Source of the DNA: an uncultured Verrucomicrobiae bacterium
GTDB taxonomy: Bacteria > Verrucomicrobiota > Verrucomicrobiia > Chthoniobacterales > UBA10450
Length of the DNA stretch: 64,000 nucleotides
Direction: 5' to 3'
Assembly (NCBI GenBank): GCA_963772365.1
Contig: CAVYXA010000005.1
Location: forward strand, 1-64,000
Shown: positions 1-7,804 of the stretch, in pieces
Numbering within the stretch: the stretch's first letter is position 1
Layout of the letters: each line of letters opens with the position of its first letter
The notes under the pieces: generated by a model
What the model saw: the letters and a program-made list of their open reading frames with translations, nothing else
Told to the model about the DNA's origin: nothing
The model's database searches: none
Translations under genes and position numbers: made by a program

Positions 1-129
1 ATAACTCCGCGCTGTTGAATTGCCTATACGGGAACTTCGCAGCCAGAAAAAGTAATGCTGCGATGGTGGTGGACGAAAACGAATCGGTTTCGACCGGGTT
101 GAGATGGTTTGGGCGGAGTTTGTCTTCAT
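1..129 (-). CDS. Partial hypothetical protein (N-terminus MKTNSAQTIS..., runs off the window), probably SOS-regulated
   Basis: ATG at 129 preceded by AAGGGAG SD-like sequence; frame open to the window edge; promoter and LexA box upstream. Confidence 0.5.
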   Translation of the reverse strand, partial: MKTNSAQTISTRSKPIRFRPPPSQHYFFWLRSSRIGNSTARSY

Positions 130-155
130 TTCGATCTCCCTTTCTGTTTTCCGTC

Positions 156-185
156 AGTATATGTTCATACGAACATCTATGACAA
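156..185 (-). promoter_or_regulatory. Sigma70-type promoter TTGTCA-N18-TATACT with a Verrucomicrobia-type LexA box (TGTTC-ATAC-GAACA, 162-175) in the spacer
   Basis: Perfect TGTTC-N4-GAACA palindrome between near-consensus -35 (180-185) and -10 (156-161) on the minus strand. Confidence 0.75.
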
Positions 186-453
186 GAATTAGCCGATGAC
201 CACTTCCCCGAAGGAGAGGAAAAGGTGGGGCTAGGCGGCCCCCTCGTTACCGTCCTGTTCGCGAAAATCTGTCAAAAATTTTCGCAGGTCGCAGGAGGTC
301 GTTTCCGGCGCTTTAGAGAAAGCCGGAGAAAAGAACGGCACCCTTCCAAACAAGTCGGAAAAAAACCGGGTGTAGAGCCTTCGTGTCGCGCGAGTTCTGG
401 AGCAAATGCGCCGGAGCGAGCGCGGCAAGAAACCTCAAAAAAAGACACTGTTT

Positions 454-914
454 ATGAACGAAGCTCAAATTAAAGAAACTGGTAAACGAAGCCGTATCAC
501 TCCATCGCGCCCTCACGACTTACAGCGAGCGTTTGAAAGCGCTCAAGGCTCATCTCATTCGTGAAGCCCAGCGTCACAAGGAAGATTTCACCATCACTGA
601 CGGCGGCGGTTCGCGCTGGACCGCCTGCGGAACCGATGGATGTATCGCTCGCATTAACTTCCCCGCGCCCGCGCTCGTGTCGCACATCGACACTGAAGAT
701 GAAACATTCGACAAGATTCTCGCGGTTGCGGGCGAATCGCTCGACGGACTTTTCGATTCGCGACATTACTTAAAACCAATCGCAGACTTTCGCGACGAAG
801 TAGCCGCCGCATTGCCGAGGCGCGCCGCAGCTCAATTGATCCAGCTTTGCGAAGTGAAGTGCTCACCGCGCGTAAGCTTCGAAACTGCGGAGACGAAAAC
901 CAAAGACCCGCTGA
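454..914 (+). pseudogene. ~150-aa hypothetical protein (MNEAQLKKLVNEAV...VSFETAETK), frameshifted near its start and near its stop
   Basis: Reconstructed by comparison with copy 2 (42537-42984); ORF 533..1117 carries the body. Confidence 0.7.
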
Positions 915-927
915 GGAGCCGAACGAC

Positions 928-1206
928 ATGCGCTACAAGAACAATGTCGGTCCACAGGTTCGGCGGCGCCGGTATGCTCTGGGCTGGTCGCAATCCGATC
1001 TTGCTACGAAGCTCCAGCTTGCCGGTTTCGATATCAGCCGCAGCGGTGTTTCCAAGATCGAAGCGCGCCTTTCTTACGTTGACGACAAAACGCTCCTTTA
1101 TCTTGCCGAAGTGCTAAAGGTCCCGGTCCAGGAACTTTTCCCGCCGCGCACGCCTGGCAATCGAATCCACGATTTCATCGAGAAACTAGAAACGACCCGC
1201 TTCTGA
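928..1206 (+). CDS. XRE-family helix-turn-helix transcriptional regulator (92 aa)
   Basis: RRYALGWSQSDLATKLQLAG..ISRSGVSKIEA HTH pattern; ATG 928 matches paralog start at 43000. Confidence 0.9.
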   Translation: MRYKNNVGPQVRRRRYALGWSQSDLATKLQLAGFDISRSGVSKIEARLSYVDDKTLLYLAEVLKVPVQELFPPRTPGNRIHDFIEKLETTRF

Positions 1207-1289
1207 CTTCGATGAGTCTTTCCACCACGCGCGAAAGCAATTCGGTTTGCGAAATAAACTTGGAATGCTGCAATGTTTCGCCACAGGAA

Positions 1290-1540
1290 AATTTTATCCT
1301 CCTACTGTAACCCCTAATGTCCAAAAAGTGGCAAAAAACAGCTAATGCTGGCTAATGCGTAAATGACGTAACCTATTGAAAAACAAGGTGTAGCATCAAA
1401 TGGCTAACGATAGCAAAACCCCATTTCTCGATTACAAATCAGCTGCTCTACCAGCTGAGCTATGCCGGCTTTTACGAGGGAAACCAGCACCTTCGAGACC
1501 GTTTGAAACGCCCATCTGCACCCCGAACTGCACCCCTTTT
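1290..1540. mobile_element. attP-like junction: arm-type repeats on both sides of a tRNA-derived core
   Basis: CTGTAACCCC (~1305), GCTAATGC x2 (1341, 1351), IHF-like TAACCTATTGAA (~1369), core 1430-1469, CTGCACCCC x2 (1516, 1528), integrase remnant downstream. Confidence 0.6.
1430..1469 (-). tRNA. 5' half only of tRNA-Thr(TGT); att core fragment, not a full gene
   Basis: GCCGGCATAGCTCAGCTGGTAGAGCAGCTGATTTGTAATC, then diverges; no T-arm or acceptor 3' strand found in the window. Confidence 0.9.
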
Positions 1541-1711
1541 GATAGACAACTGGCTGATCGCGACAAACGAGCTGAAAAGGCCAGCTTCCACAGGGTCACT
1601 ACTCTCGCCGCGACTTTCTCCCAGGCAAGTTGATTTGCCGAAGGTTTCGCCGCTCTACTCGCGGAGCAGCGCCTTCGCTGCACGTGGCCACGATAGTCGC
1701 GCATCTTCGCC

Positions 1712-1881
1712 ATGAAGAATACCGACGATCACTTTGGGAACGCACGGCAGTGCAAAACCTGTTTCGTTACCGGTCCGTCCGGCACCTACTTTCGCGAGAT
1801 TCAAGGTCGGCGGTAAACCGATTCGCCAGAGTCTTGAAACGAGAGTGTTCTCTGTCGCGAAACAGAGACTGCCGGATAAAT
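1712..1881 (+). pseudogene. N-terminal remnant of a tyrosine integrase (arm-binding region)
   Basis: Across frameshifts reads [44 protein letters not shown], recognised as a verrucomicrobial integrase N-terminus; no catalytic domain follows. Confidence 0.65.
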
Positions 1882-1882
1882 C

Positions 1883-2434
1883 CGGGTTCCTTCACGGAAA
1901 ACTCCAGCGTGAAGCCAAGCCGGAATCCGTGGGCCTTTCGCGTGTGTTGGGGGGGCTCCAGCGGTGGATCGGCTGCCGCCGTTGCGGCCGATGCCGCATT
2001 CGGTGCCTTGGGAACCGATACGGTGGGGTCCATTCGATAGCCTGCGGCGCTGAGCGGAGTGGTGAGATTGAAACCGAGTTACGGACGGGTCGCCCGCTTT
2101 GGCGTTGTCGCTCTCGCCTCGTCACTCGACCAGGTCGGTCCGTTAACGAAAACGGTGCGCGATCCAGCGCTCATGTTGTAGGCGATTGCCGGACAAGATC
2201 CGCAGGATACAACGTGCTTGAAAGTATCTGGCCGATAGTTTCACGATTGCGGCGAACCTGGCTGGGATTTGCGGAATCAGCACGCCGTGCGGTTTTGCCA
2301 GGATCGACAATGCTCGACTGCCCATCGGTCTGCAATTGCCAAGCAAGGCATTCGATGAAGGCCGCCTCTTGCAAATCGCGCACGCCTACGAGCAGAGCAC
2401 CGATTGGCACAAAGCCCGAGCGCCGATCACGTAA
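1883..2434 (+). pseudogene. gatA: Decayed Asp/Glu-tRNA amidotransferase subunit A with stops, frameshifts and a large internal deletion
   Basis: [27 protein letters not shown](G)[21 protein letters not shown], then the C-terminal [30 protein letters not shown]. Confidence 0.85.
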
Positions 2435-2576
2435 ATTAGCTTTTGGCACCGCGGTAGGCGACATTACGCGTCGGTTCCTAATCTGGCGACGCCCGGGCTG
2501 CGTATGGTGACTTTGGGCTGGTTTCTCTACTAGAACCCATTTGGGGGGCGAAAACCCGCGCTTCAGCCAAACAATT

Positions 2577-3941
2577 ATGCTTACGAAACCCGTTGCGCAC
2601 CCGAGGCAATTGTCGGTAAAATGGGCGCCTCGCTTGAAGCTTTCCACTTATCGCCTTCGCCCAGATTGCGCAGGTCTTCTTCTCCTCATATTCCCAGCAG
2701 TGCTCACCGCCCAAGTGATGACTTCTGGAGGATTGGAAGATCGCGGGTCCGCGGACATCCCTCTATCGACCGAGTCGGCCGCGCCCGCGTTGCCGCCAAT
2801 CGTTACTGAGAACGCACCGCCTGTCTCACCCGAGGAGCGACGGCTGCACTACCAGTTCAGTCTCGATCTTCGGACCGCAAACGATGACAACATTCTCCTG
2901 AGCGAAAGTGGCAAGACCGGCGATTTCAGCATCCGCATCGATCCAACCATCGCCATAAGCTTCGGAGATGAAGCGGGGGCAGCGAATATCGTGCATTTTT
3001 CTTATGAGCCCGATGTCATTCTCTTTGTCGATCATTCCAAGTTCGACACCGTCCAGCACATAATCCGGTTTGATGCTCAGTCGCGCCTGGGTCACTTAAA
3101 GCTCGGTCTGAGCGAAAACGCCCAATTTCTCAACGGGACGGATGTCAATCGGGCAAGCAACACCGGAGCATTCGTTAATGCAGTAAACCTGGATGTGCGC
3201 GGCCAGACCAACCTAAACAGGTTTGATACACAGCTAACGGCCAGCTACGATCTGACCGGCAAAACGTTTCTCAGCGGCGGAGTAGCCTGGTCGGTCAGCG
3301 ATTATGAGCAGTATATCAGCTCCCAGCAGATCTCGGGTAATCTCTTCGTAAACTACGCGTATGGTCCCAAGCTGGTTATCGGCGCGGGTGGCTCGATCGG
3401 CACCGAGATTGTCGATCAACCCACGCCCGACCAAACCTTCGAGCAGATCCACTTGCGCGCCTCCTATGAGTTAACGGGCAAGCTGGTCTCGCACGCATCG
3501 ATGGGCATCGAGATTCGCCAGCTCGGGACCGGCCAGAGCGATTATGTCTCGCCCGTGTTTGACCTTGGGATCGATTATACCCCCTTTGATGGAACCACCT
3601 TTAGCCTGACCGGCTCACGGCACATTACAAACTCGGCCTCACTGGCCGGACAGGATTTTTCTTCCACTGAGCTCATTGCCAGCGTCCGGCAGCGGGTGTT
3701 GCAACGCTTTTTCCTCAGCCTCACCGGTGGTTACCAGAACGAGAGCTATTTTGGAACCATCGGCTCGATCAGCGCGACCCGGGAAGATAACTATTATTTT
3801 ATTCAACCGGCAATCGATGTTAGAATTACCCGCTATTGGTACGGGGGCGCCTATTATCTTCACCGGAAGAATGACAGTTCAGCGAGCAATTTTGGGTTCG
3901 AGGAAACACAAGCGGGCATTCGCGCGACATTCACGTTTTGA
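2577..3941 (+). CDS. Outer-membrane beta-barrel protein, EPS-export associated (start uncertain)
   Basis: Alternating beta-strand pattern, C-terminal aromatic (ATFTF), directly upstream of export genes. Confidence 0.8.
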   Translation: MLTKPVAHPRQLSVKWAPRLKLSTYRLRPDCAGLLLLIFPAVLTAQVMTSGGLEDRGSADIPLSTESAAPALPPIVTENAPPVSPEERRLHYQFSLDLRTANDDNILLSESGKTGDFSIRIDPTIAISFGDEAGAANIVHFSYEPDVILFVDHSKFDTVQHIIRFDAQSRLGHLKLGLSENAQFLNGTDVNRASNTGAFVNAVNLDVRGQTNLNRFDTQLTASYDLTGKTFLSGGVAWSVSDYEQYISSQQISGNLFVNYAYGPKLVIGAGGSIGTEIVDQPTPDQTFEQIHLRASYELTGKLVSHASMGIEIRQLGTGQSDYVSPVFDLGIDYTPFDGTTFSLTGSRHITNSASLAGQDFSSTELIASVRQRVLQRFFLSLTGGYQNESYFGTIGSISATREDNYYFIQPAIDVRITRYWYGGAYYLHRKNDSSASNFGFEETQAGIRATFTF

Positions 3942-3981
3942 GCCGGGATGTTATGGCCGCGTTCGTTCAACGGTGATCGCA

Positions 3982-4704
3982 ATGAGCTTTGCCCGCCTGA
4001 TGCCATTCGCTCTCTTCCTCTCCGCTCTCTGCATTTCTCCCGTCGTGATTGCTCAAAACACAGCGCGCTCCGAAAATTCAAGAAGCAACCAACTGGGATC
4101 CAGCGCGCCCTCGCCTTACCCCTTCGATTCAACGCACACATCGGCAGACTCGCAGGCTTCGTCCAGTCCGGCGACGACGACTATTGTGAGCACGATCAGC
4201 GCACCGAGCGATTATCAACTCAGCACCGACGATCAGATCGCCGTGGAAGTCTTCGGGGAGGACGATCTTCGCACCGCCGCGCGACTCAACGCCGATGGCG
4301 CAGTCAGTTTACCGTTGCTCGGTTCCGTTCAACTGGCCAGCCTTACGCTCAATCAGGCAGCCAGGAAATTGACGGAACTTTATGGCCGCGACTACCTGGT
4401 GAATCCGAAAGTGAATGTAATGCTGATCGCTTATGCCAAGCGGCGGTTCACTGTCCTTGGCCAGGTGAATCGGCCCGGCAGTTACGACATGCCCGACGGC
4501 AGCCCGAGCGGGATCGATTTACTCGAAGCAATCGCCATTGCCGGCGGTTACACGCGCATCGCCGCTCCGGAACGCATTAGCGTCAAGCGGAGCAACCAGG
4601 TTATGCGTGTCGATGCCAAGAGACTGGCCCGCCGCGGCGGGAAGGAAGGCAATTTTCTTGTCGAACCAGGTGATACCATAACAGTGGGCGAGAGCCTCTT
4701 CTGA
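3982..4704 (+). CDS. wza: Polysaccharide export protein (Wza-like, Poly_export + SLBB)
   Basis: YQLSTDDQIAVEVFGEDDL, DGAVSLPLLG, VLGQVNRPG, GGYTRIA, PGDTITV. Confidence 0.85.
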   Translation: MSFARLMPFALFLSALCISPVVIAQNTARSENSRSNQLGSSAPSPYPFDSTHTSADSQASSSPATTTIVSTISAPSDYQLSTDDQIAVEVFGEDDLRTAARLNADGAVSLPLLGSVQLASLTLNQAARKLTELYGRDYLVNPKVNVMLIAYAKRRFTVLGQVNRPGSYDMPDGSPSGIDLLEAIAIAGGYTRIAAPERISVKRSNQVMRVDAKRLARRGGKEGNFLVEPGDTITVGESLF

Positions 4705-4718
4705 TTGTTTACCAAGGG

Positions 4719-7283
4719 ATGACTACGGCACCACAGACTTCGCGTCCTGAGACATCTGCAACGGCTCCGCATTTTAAAGCCGCATCGCCGGCCCCGCGGC
4801 AAGAACCGCCTGTTGCCGAACAGCGGCTGGAGGCAGGCCGTGGCATCGATTTTCGGCATCTTTGGCACACCTTAACGGAGCGAATTTGGATTCTGGCGGT
4901 GTGCACAGTCGCAGGGCTGGCCCTGGCTCTCGCTTATCTGGCGCGCACCCCGAAGCTGTATCAGGGGCACGTCGTCATGGAGGTCGAGTTTGCCGAACCG
5001 ACCATGATGACCAACGAGGATTCAACCAGCCGGGTGCGCTCGATGTTTCTGGCCAGCCAGGAAGCGCTGCGCACCATCGAGCAGAATTTCACCAATCGCA
5101 CTCTGATGGCTCGCGTCATCCGCGCTGAAGGCCTGGCCGACGACGATGGCCGTGCCTTGTTAGGCTTGGGGAAAACCGCCCCAAGCGCCTCCAAGGCATC
5201 GCCTTCAGTGACGCCAAAGCGAAGCGCTCCCTCAACGCTGGAACAGGAGTCCGCCTTTACGCCTACCGAAGAAGCATTGGCTGGCGCCCTTTCCACGATG
5301 GTTAAGCCAGTGATCCGCCGCGGCACACGCCTCATCGATCTCTACGTGACAAACCCCGATCCAGTTATGGCTAACCGGCTCGCAGAAGCCATTGGCCGCG
5401 AATACATCCGTAATTCCATCGAGCGCCGCGCTTCCTTCACCCAGGACACGTTGCGCTTTTTGCTGGAAGAAGAGGAACGACTGAAAGCGAATTTGCAAAA
5501 AAGCGAAGCAGCCGTGGCCGATTACAAAGAGAGGACACCGGATGCGCTCCAGCTGGGCGGAGGCGCCGCTGCGACCGGCACGCAAACAGGCGCCGGAGGA
5601 GGCGGAACTCGGGGCGGGCTGGTTGAGGACAAACTTCAGGAGCTGAGTGCAAAACTGATGGGCGCCAAGACCGATCGCCTCCATCTCGAAGGGGAACTTC
5701 GCCAGGTAGAAGACGCCGGCGACGACTTGACCGCGCTTCTGGCAATTCCCAGCATCGCGAATGCGCCGGTCGTGGCCGAACACCGTCACGAACTGAGCCA
5801 GATCGAATCAAACCTGGCTACGCTGGCGCAACGTTATAAGGAAAAACATCCCAAAATGATCGCCGCGCAGGCCGCCCTTGCCGAAACTCAAAACGCATTG
5901 CGCCGCGCCGTGCTCGAACAACCTTCCGTCTTGCACAATGCTGTCGATCAAGCGCGACTCACGGAAAAGAATCTGGACCTTGCCACCCACGAGCAGGAGA
6001 AGGCGGCCCTCGCCCTCAACAAAGCCGCCATTGGCTATCAAGAGCTCGCGCGCCAGGCCGAAACCGATCGCGCCCTTTACGAGAGTGTTCTTCGGCAGAT
6101 CAAGCAGGCCGACTTGAGCAAAGGGCTAAAAACAACTGCCGTCAGTGTCGTTGAACACTCGCCAGTCCCACGAACGCCGGTCAGTCCCAGCGCACAGAAA
6201 TCCGTCGCGCTTGGTCTGCTGGGCGGTCTTGCTGCCGGTCTCGGAATCATTTTCGGGTTGAATGCGCTGGATCGCTCCATAAAGACAGTCGATCAAGCCG
6301 AGAGTGCGCTCGGTCTTCCGGTATTGGCCGCCATTCCTGAAGTAAAACGCGACCAAGCCTCTGCTCGGCCTGCGGACGAATCCGCCCCGCCCGCGGGTAG
6401 CGCAAGTTACCGCCTGATGGCGGAAGCGCCCGAAGGCCCCGCCGCGGAAGCTTTCCGCAATCTGCGAGCAGCATTATCGCTTCTCGGGCCCGAAGCCGAA
6501 CGCAAGATTTCCTTGTTTACCAGCGCGCTGCCCACGGAGGGGAAGAGTTTTACGAGTGCCAATTACGCCCTGGCGCTTACCCAACAGGGTTATCGCGTTC
6601 TTTTGATCGACGGGGATCTGCGCCGGCCGGGTCTTCACAAGATTTTTATTCGAGCTTCTCACAGCGACAACGGCGCGACGGAGCCGGATATAAATGTAGC
6701 AGGTCTTGTTGATTACTTGATAGGCGAAATCACACTCGAAAAAACGGTCCGCCCGGTCGCCGCGCGTGACGTGGATGTTTTTGGGAGCAGGCCTGCCGGC
6801 GAGCGTACCGTCACTTCGACAGGCGGCGAGTTATATATATTGGTTGGCGGCCGCCGCGCCCCCAATCCCGCCGAATTGCTCAGCGGCAATTCGTTCCGCG
6901 AACTGATGGTTGAAGCGGCAAAATCATTCGATCGAGTGGTGATCGACAGCGCCCCGCTGTTGGCCGTGAGTGACACCCTCCTGATGGCGCCGCATGTGCA
7001 AACTGTTTGCATGGTTGTGCGCGCCGCTAAAACGGCCCGCAATGCCGTACAACGAGCCCTGGCTCTTCTCGCCGGGGCGGGCAAACGACCCGCCGGCGTT
7101 GTTCTCAATCGTCTGCCCAAGCGCCGCGGGACCGGCTATTACTACTACTACGCCTCGCACGGATACGGCGTCGGCGAAGGCTCGTATCCGGCGGATACGT
7201 CCTGCGCAATTAAGGGCGCAGGGCAGAGAAGCGGGGAGCGGGGAGCACGGGGTAGGAAGCTATTCCAGCCGTTACCGAATTAA
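4719..7283 (+). CDS. wzc: Polysaccharide co-polymerase/tyrosine autokinase; true stop probably TAA 7211-7213 after a 1-nt indel near 7188
   Basis: Two TM segments, coiled coil, Walker A PTEGKS, DGDLRRP, VVIDSAP, tyrosine cluster GYYYYY. Confidence 0.92.
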   Translation: MTTAPQTSRPETSATAPHFKAASPAPRQEPPVAEQRLEAGRGIDFRHLWHTLTERIWILAVCTVAGLALALAYLARTPKLYQGHVVMEVEFAEPTMMTNEDSTSRVRSMFLASQEALRTIEQNFTNRTLMARVIRAEGLADDDGRALLGLGKTAPSASKASPSVTPKRSAPSTLEQESAFTPTEEALAGALSTMVKPVIRRGTRLIDLYVTNPDPVMANRLAEAIGREYIRNSIERRASFTQDTLRFLLEEEERLKANLQKSEAAVADYKERTPDALQLGGGAAATGTQTGAGGGGTRGGLVEDKLQELSAKLMGAKTDRLHLEGELRQVEDAGDDLTALLAIPSIANAPVVAEHRHELSQIESNLATLAQRYKEKHPKMIAAQAALAETQNALRRAVLEQPSVLHNAVDQARLTEKNLDLATHEQEKAALALNKAAIGYQELARQAETDRALYESVLRQIKQADLSKGLKTTAVSVVEHSPVPRTPVSPSAQKSVALGLLGGLAAGLGIIFGLNALDRSIKTVDQAESALGLPVLAAIPEVKRDQASARPADESAPPAGSASYRLMAEAPEGPAAEAFRNLRAALSLLGPEAERKISLFTSALPTEGKSFTSANYALALTQQGYRVLLIDGDLRRPGLHKIFIRASHSDNGATEPDINVAGLVDYLIGEITLEKTVRPVAARDVDVFGSRPAGERTVTSTGGELYILVGGRRAPNPAELLSGNSFRELMVEAAKSFDRVVIDSAPLLAVSDTLLMAPHVQTVCMVVRAAKTARNAVQRALALLAGAGKRPAGVVLNRLPKRRGTGYYYYYASHGYGVGEGSYPADTSCAIKGAGQRSGERGARGRKLFQPLPN
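7214..7260 (+). repeat. Degenerate heptamer array (GGGGAGC-type), arm downstream of the four-helix-bundle gene
   Basis: AGGGCGC AGGGCAG AGAAGCG GGGAGCG GGGAGCA; GCGGGGAGCGGGGA (7231-7244) is the exact reverse complement of 7749-7762. Confidence 0.85.
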
Positions 7284-7637
7284 CATTCGGATGAATCCAA
7301 GCAGCATCCGGCTCTCTTGCTCCAGACCCGATACGATCTTGGCTTCATCAACCCGTTGCAGGTAGGCGTTTCTGCCCAGCAGAAACAGGATGTTGGCTAC
7401 TTCAAATGTCGAGCGCCGCGCCATGTTCAGAAAGTTCGCAAGGTCGGCCTTTGAAACGCTCCCGGAACCTTCTGCGATGTTATTCGTGATGCTTAGAGTC
7501 GCCGCGCGCAGCTGCTCGGCAAAACGAAAAAGACGCCTGCGCTCAAGTTGATCCGCCAACCGAAAAACCTCGGCGCTAAGTGTTGCCGCGTGCTTCCACA
7601 CCTCTAAGTCCTGAAAACGAAACTGCTTCTCTTTCAT
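7272..7637 (-). CDS. Four-helix-bundle protein (23S rRNA IVS protein / bAvd-like family)
   Basis: FQDLEVWK, QLRAATLSITNNIAEGSG, FLNMARRSTFEV motifs; 121 aa. Confidence 0.93.
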   Translation of the reverse strand: MKEKQFRFQDLEVWKHAATLSAEVFRLADQLERRRLFRFAEQLRAATLSITNNIAEGSGSVSKADLANFLNMARRSTFEVANILFLLGRNAYLQRVDEAKIVSGLEQESRMLLGFIRMLIR

Positions 7638-7677
7638 AGACGCCCAGAGATACTAACTCCAGTCTCGCTCCGCTAGT

Positions 7678-7801
7678 CCTTTCCCCCTGCCCCCCCGCAC
7701 CCTGCTCCGAGCTCCCTGCCGTCTGCTCTCTGCTCCCTGCCCTTTGCTTCCCCGCTCCCCGCCCTCTCTGCTCTCTGCCCCCCTGCTCCGAGCTCCCCAC
7801 G
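7678..7801 (+). repeat. Long degenerate heptamer array (GCTCCCT/GCTCCCC-type), arm upstream of the four-helix-bundle gene
   Basis: About 120 bp of 7-periodic pyrimidine-rich units, inverted relative to 7214-7260. Confidence 0.9.
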
Positions 7802-7804
7802 GGG

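Larger units (their letters stand above)
382..1469 (+). repeat. Copy 1 of ~1.08-kb direct repeat module (hypothetical + XRE HTH + att-like arm + tRNA-Thr 5' half)
   Basis: Colinear, highly similar but not identical to 42466-43534. Confidence 0.95.

Noticed and set aside
533..1117. 194-aa ORF overlapping the HTH gene, and the 847 start for the HTH gene
   Set aside because: Copy 2 shows the hypothetical gene stops before the HTH gene and the HTH starts at MRYKNN; the extensions come from an indel.
1200..1469. Intron-split tRNA-Thr (group I intron)
   Set aside because: No tRNA 3' exon found downstream on the minus strand in either copy, and the break is past the anticodon loop. The flanks look like att arms next to an integrase remnant.
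1400..1633. ORF MANDSKTPFLDYKSAALPAELCR
   Set aside because: Antisense translation of the tRNA half and att arms.
1734..2510. 258-aa ORF as a real gene
   Set aside because: Chimeric read-through of the integrase stump into off-frame gatA relic sequence.
7272..7637. Diversity-generating retroelement, suggested by the bAvd-like fold
   Set aside because: No reverse transcriptase and no TR/VR pair with adenine-specific mismatches seen in the window.
7678..7801. CRISPR array
   Set aside because: Tandem 7-mers without unique spacers; no cas genes. No repeat-spacer array was seen anywhere in the window.
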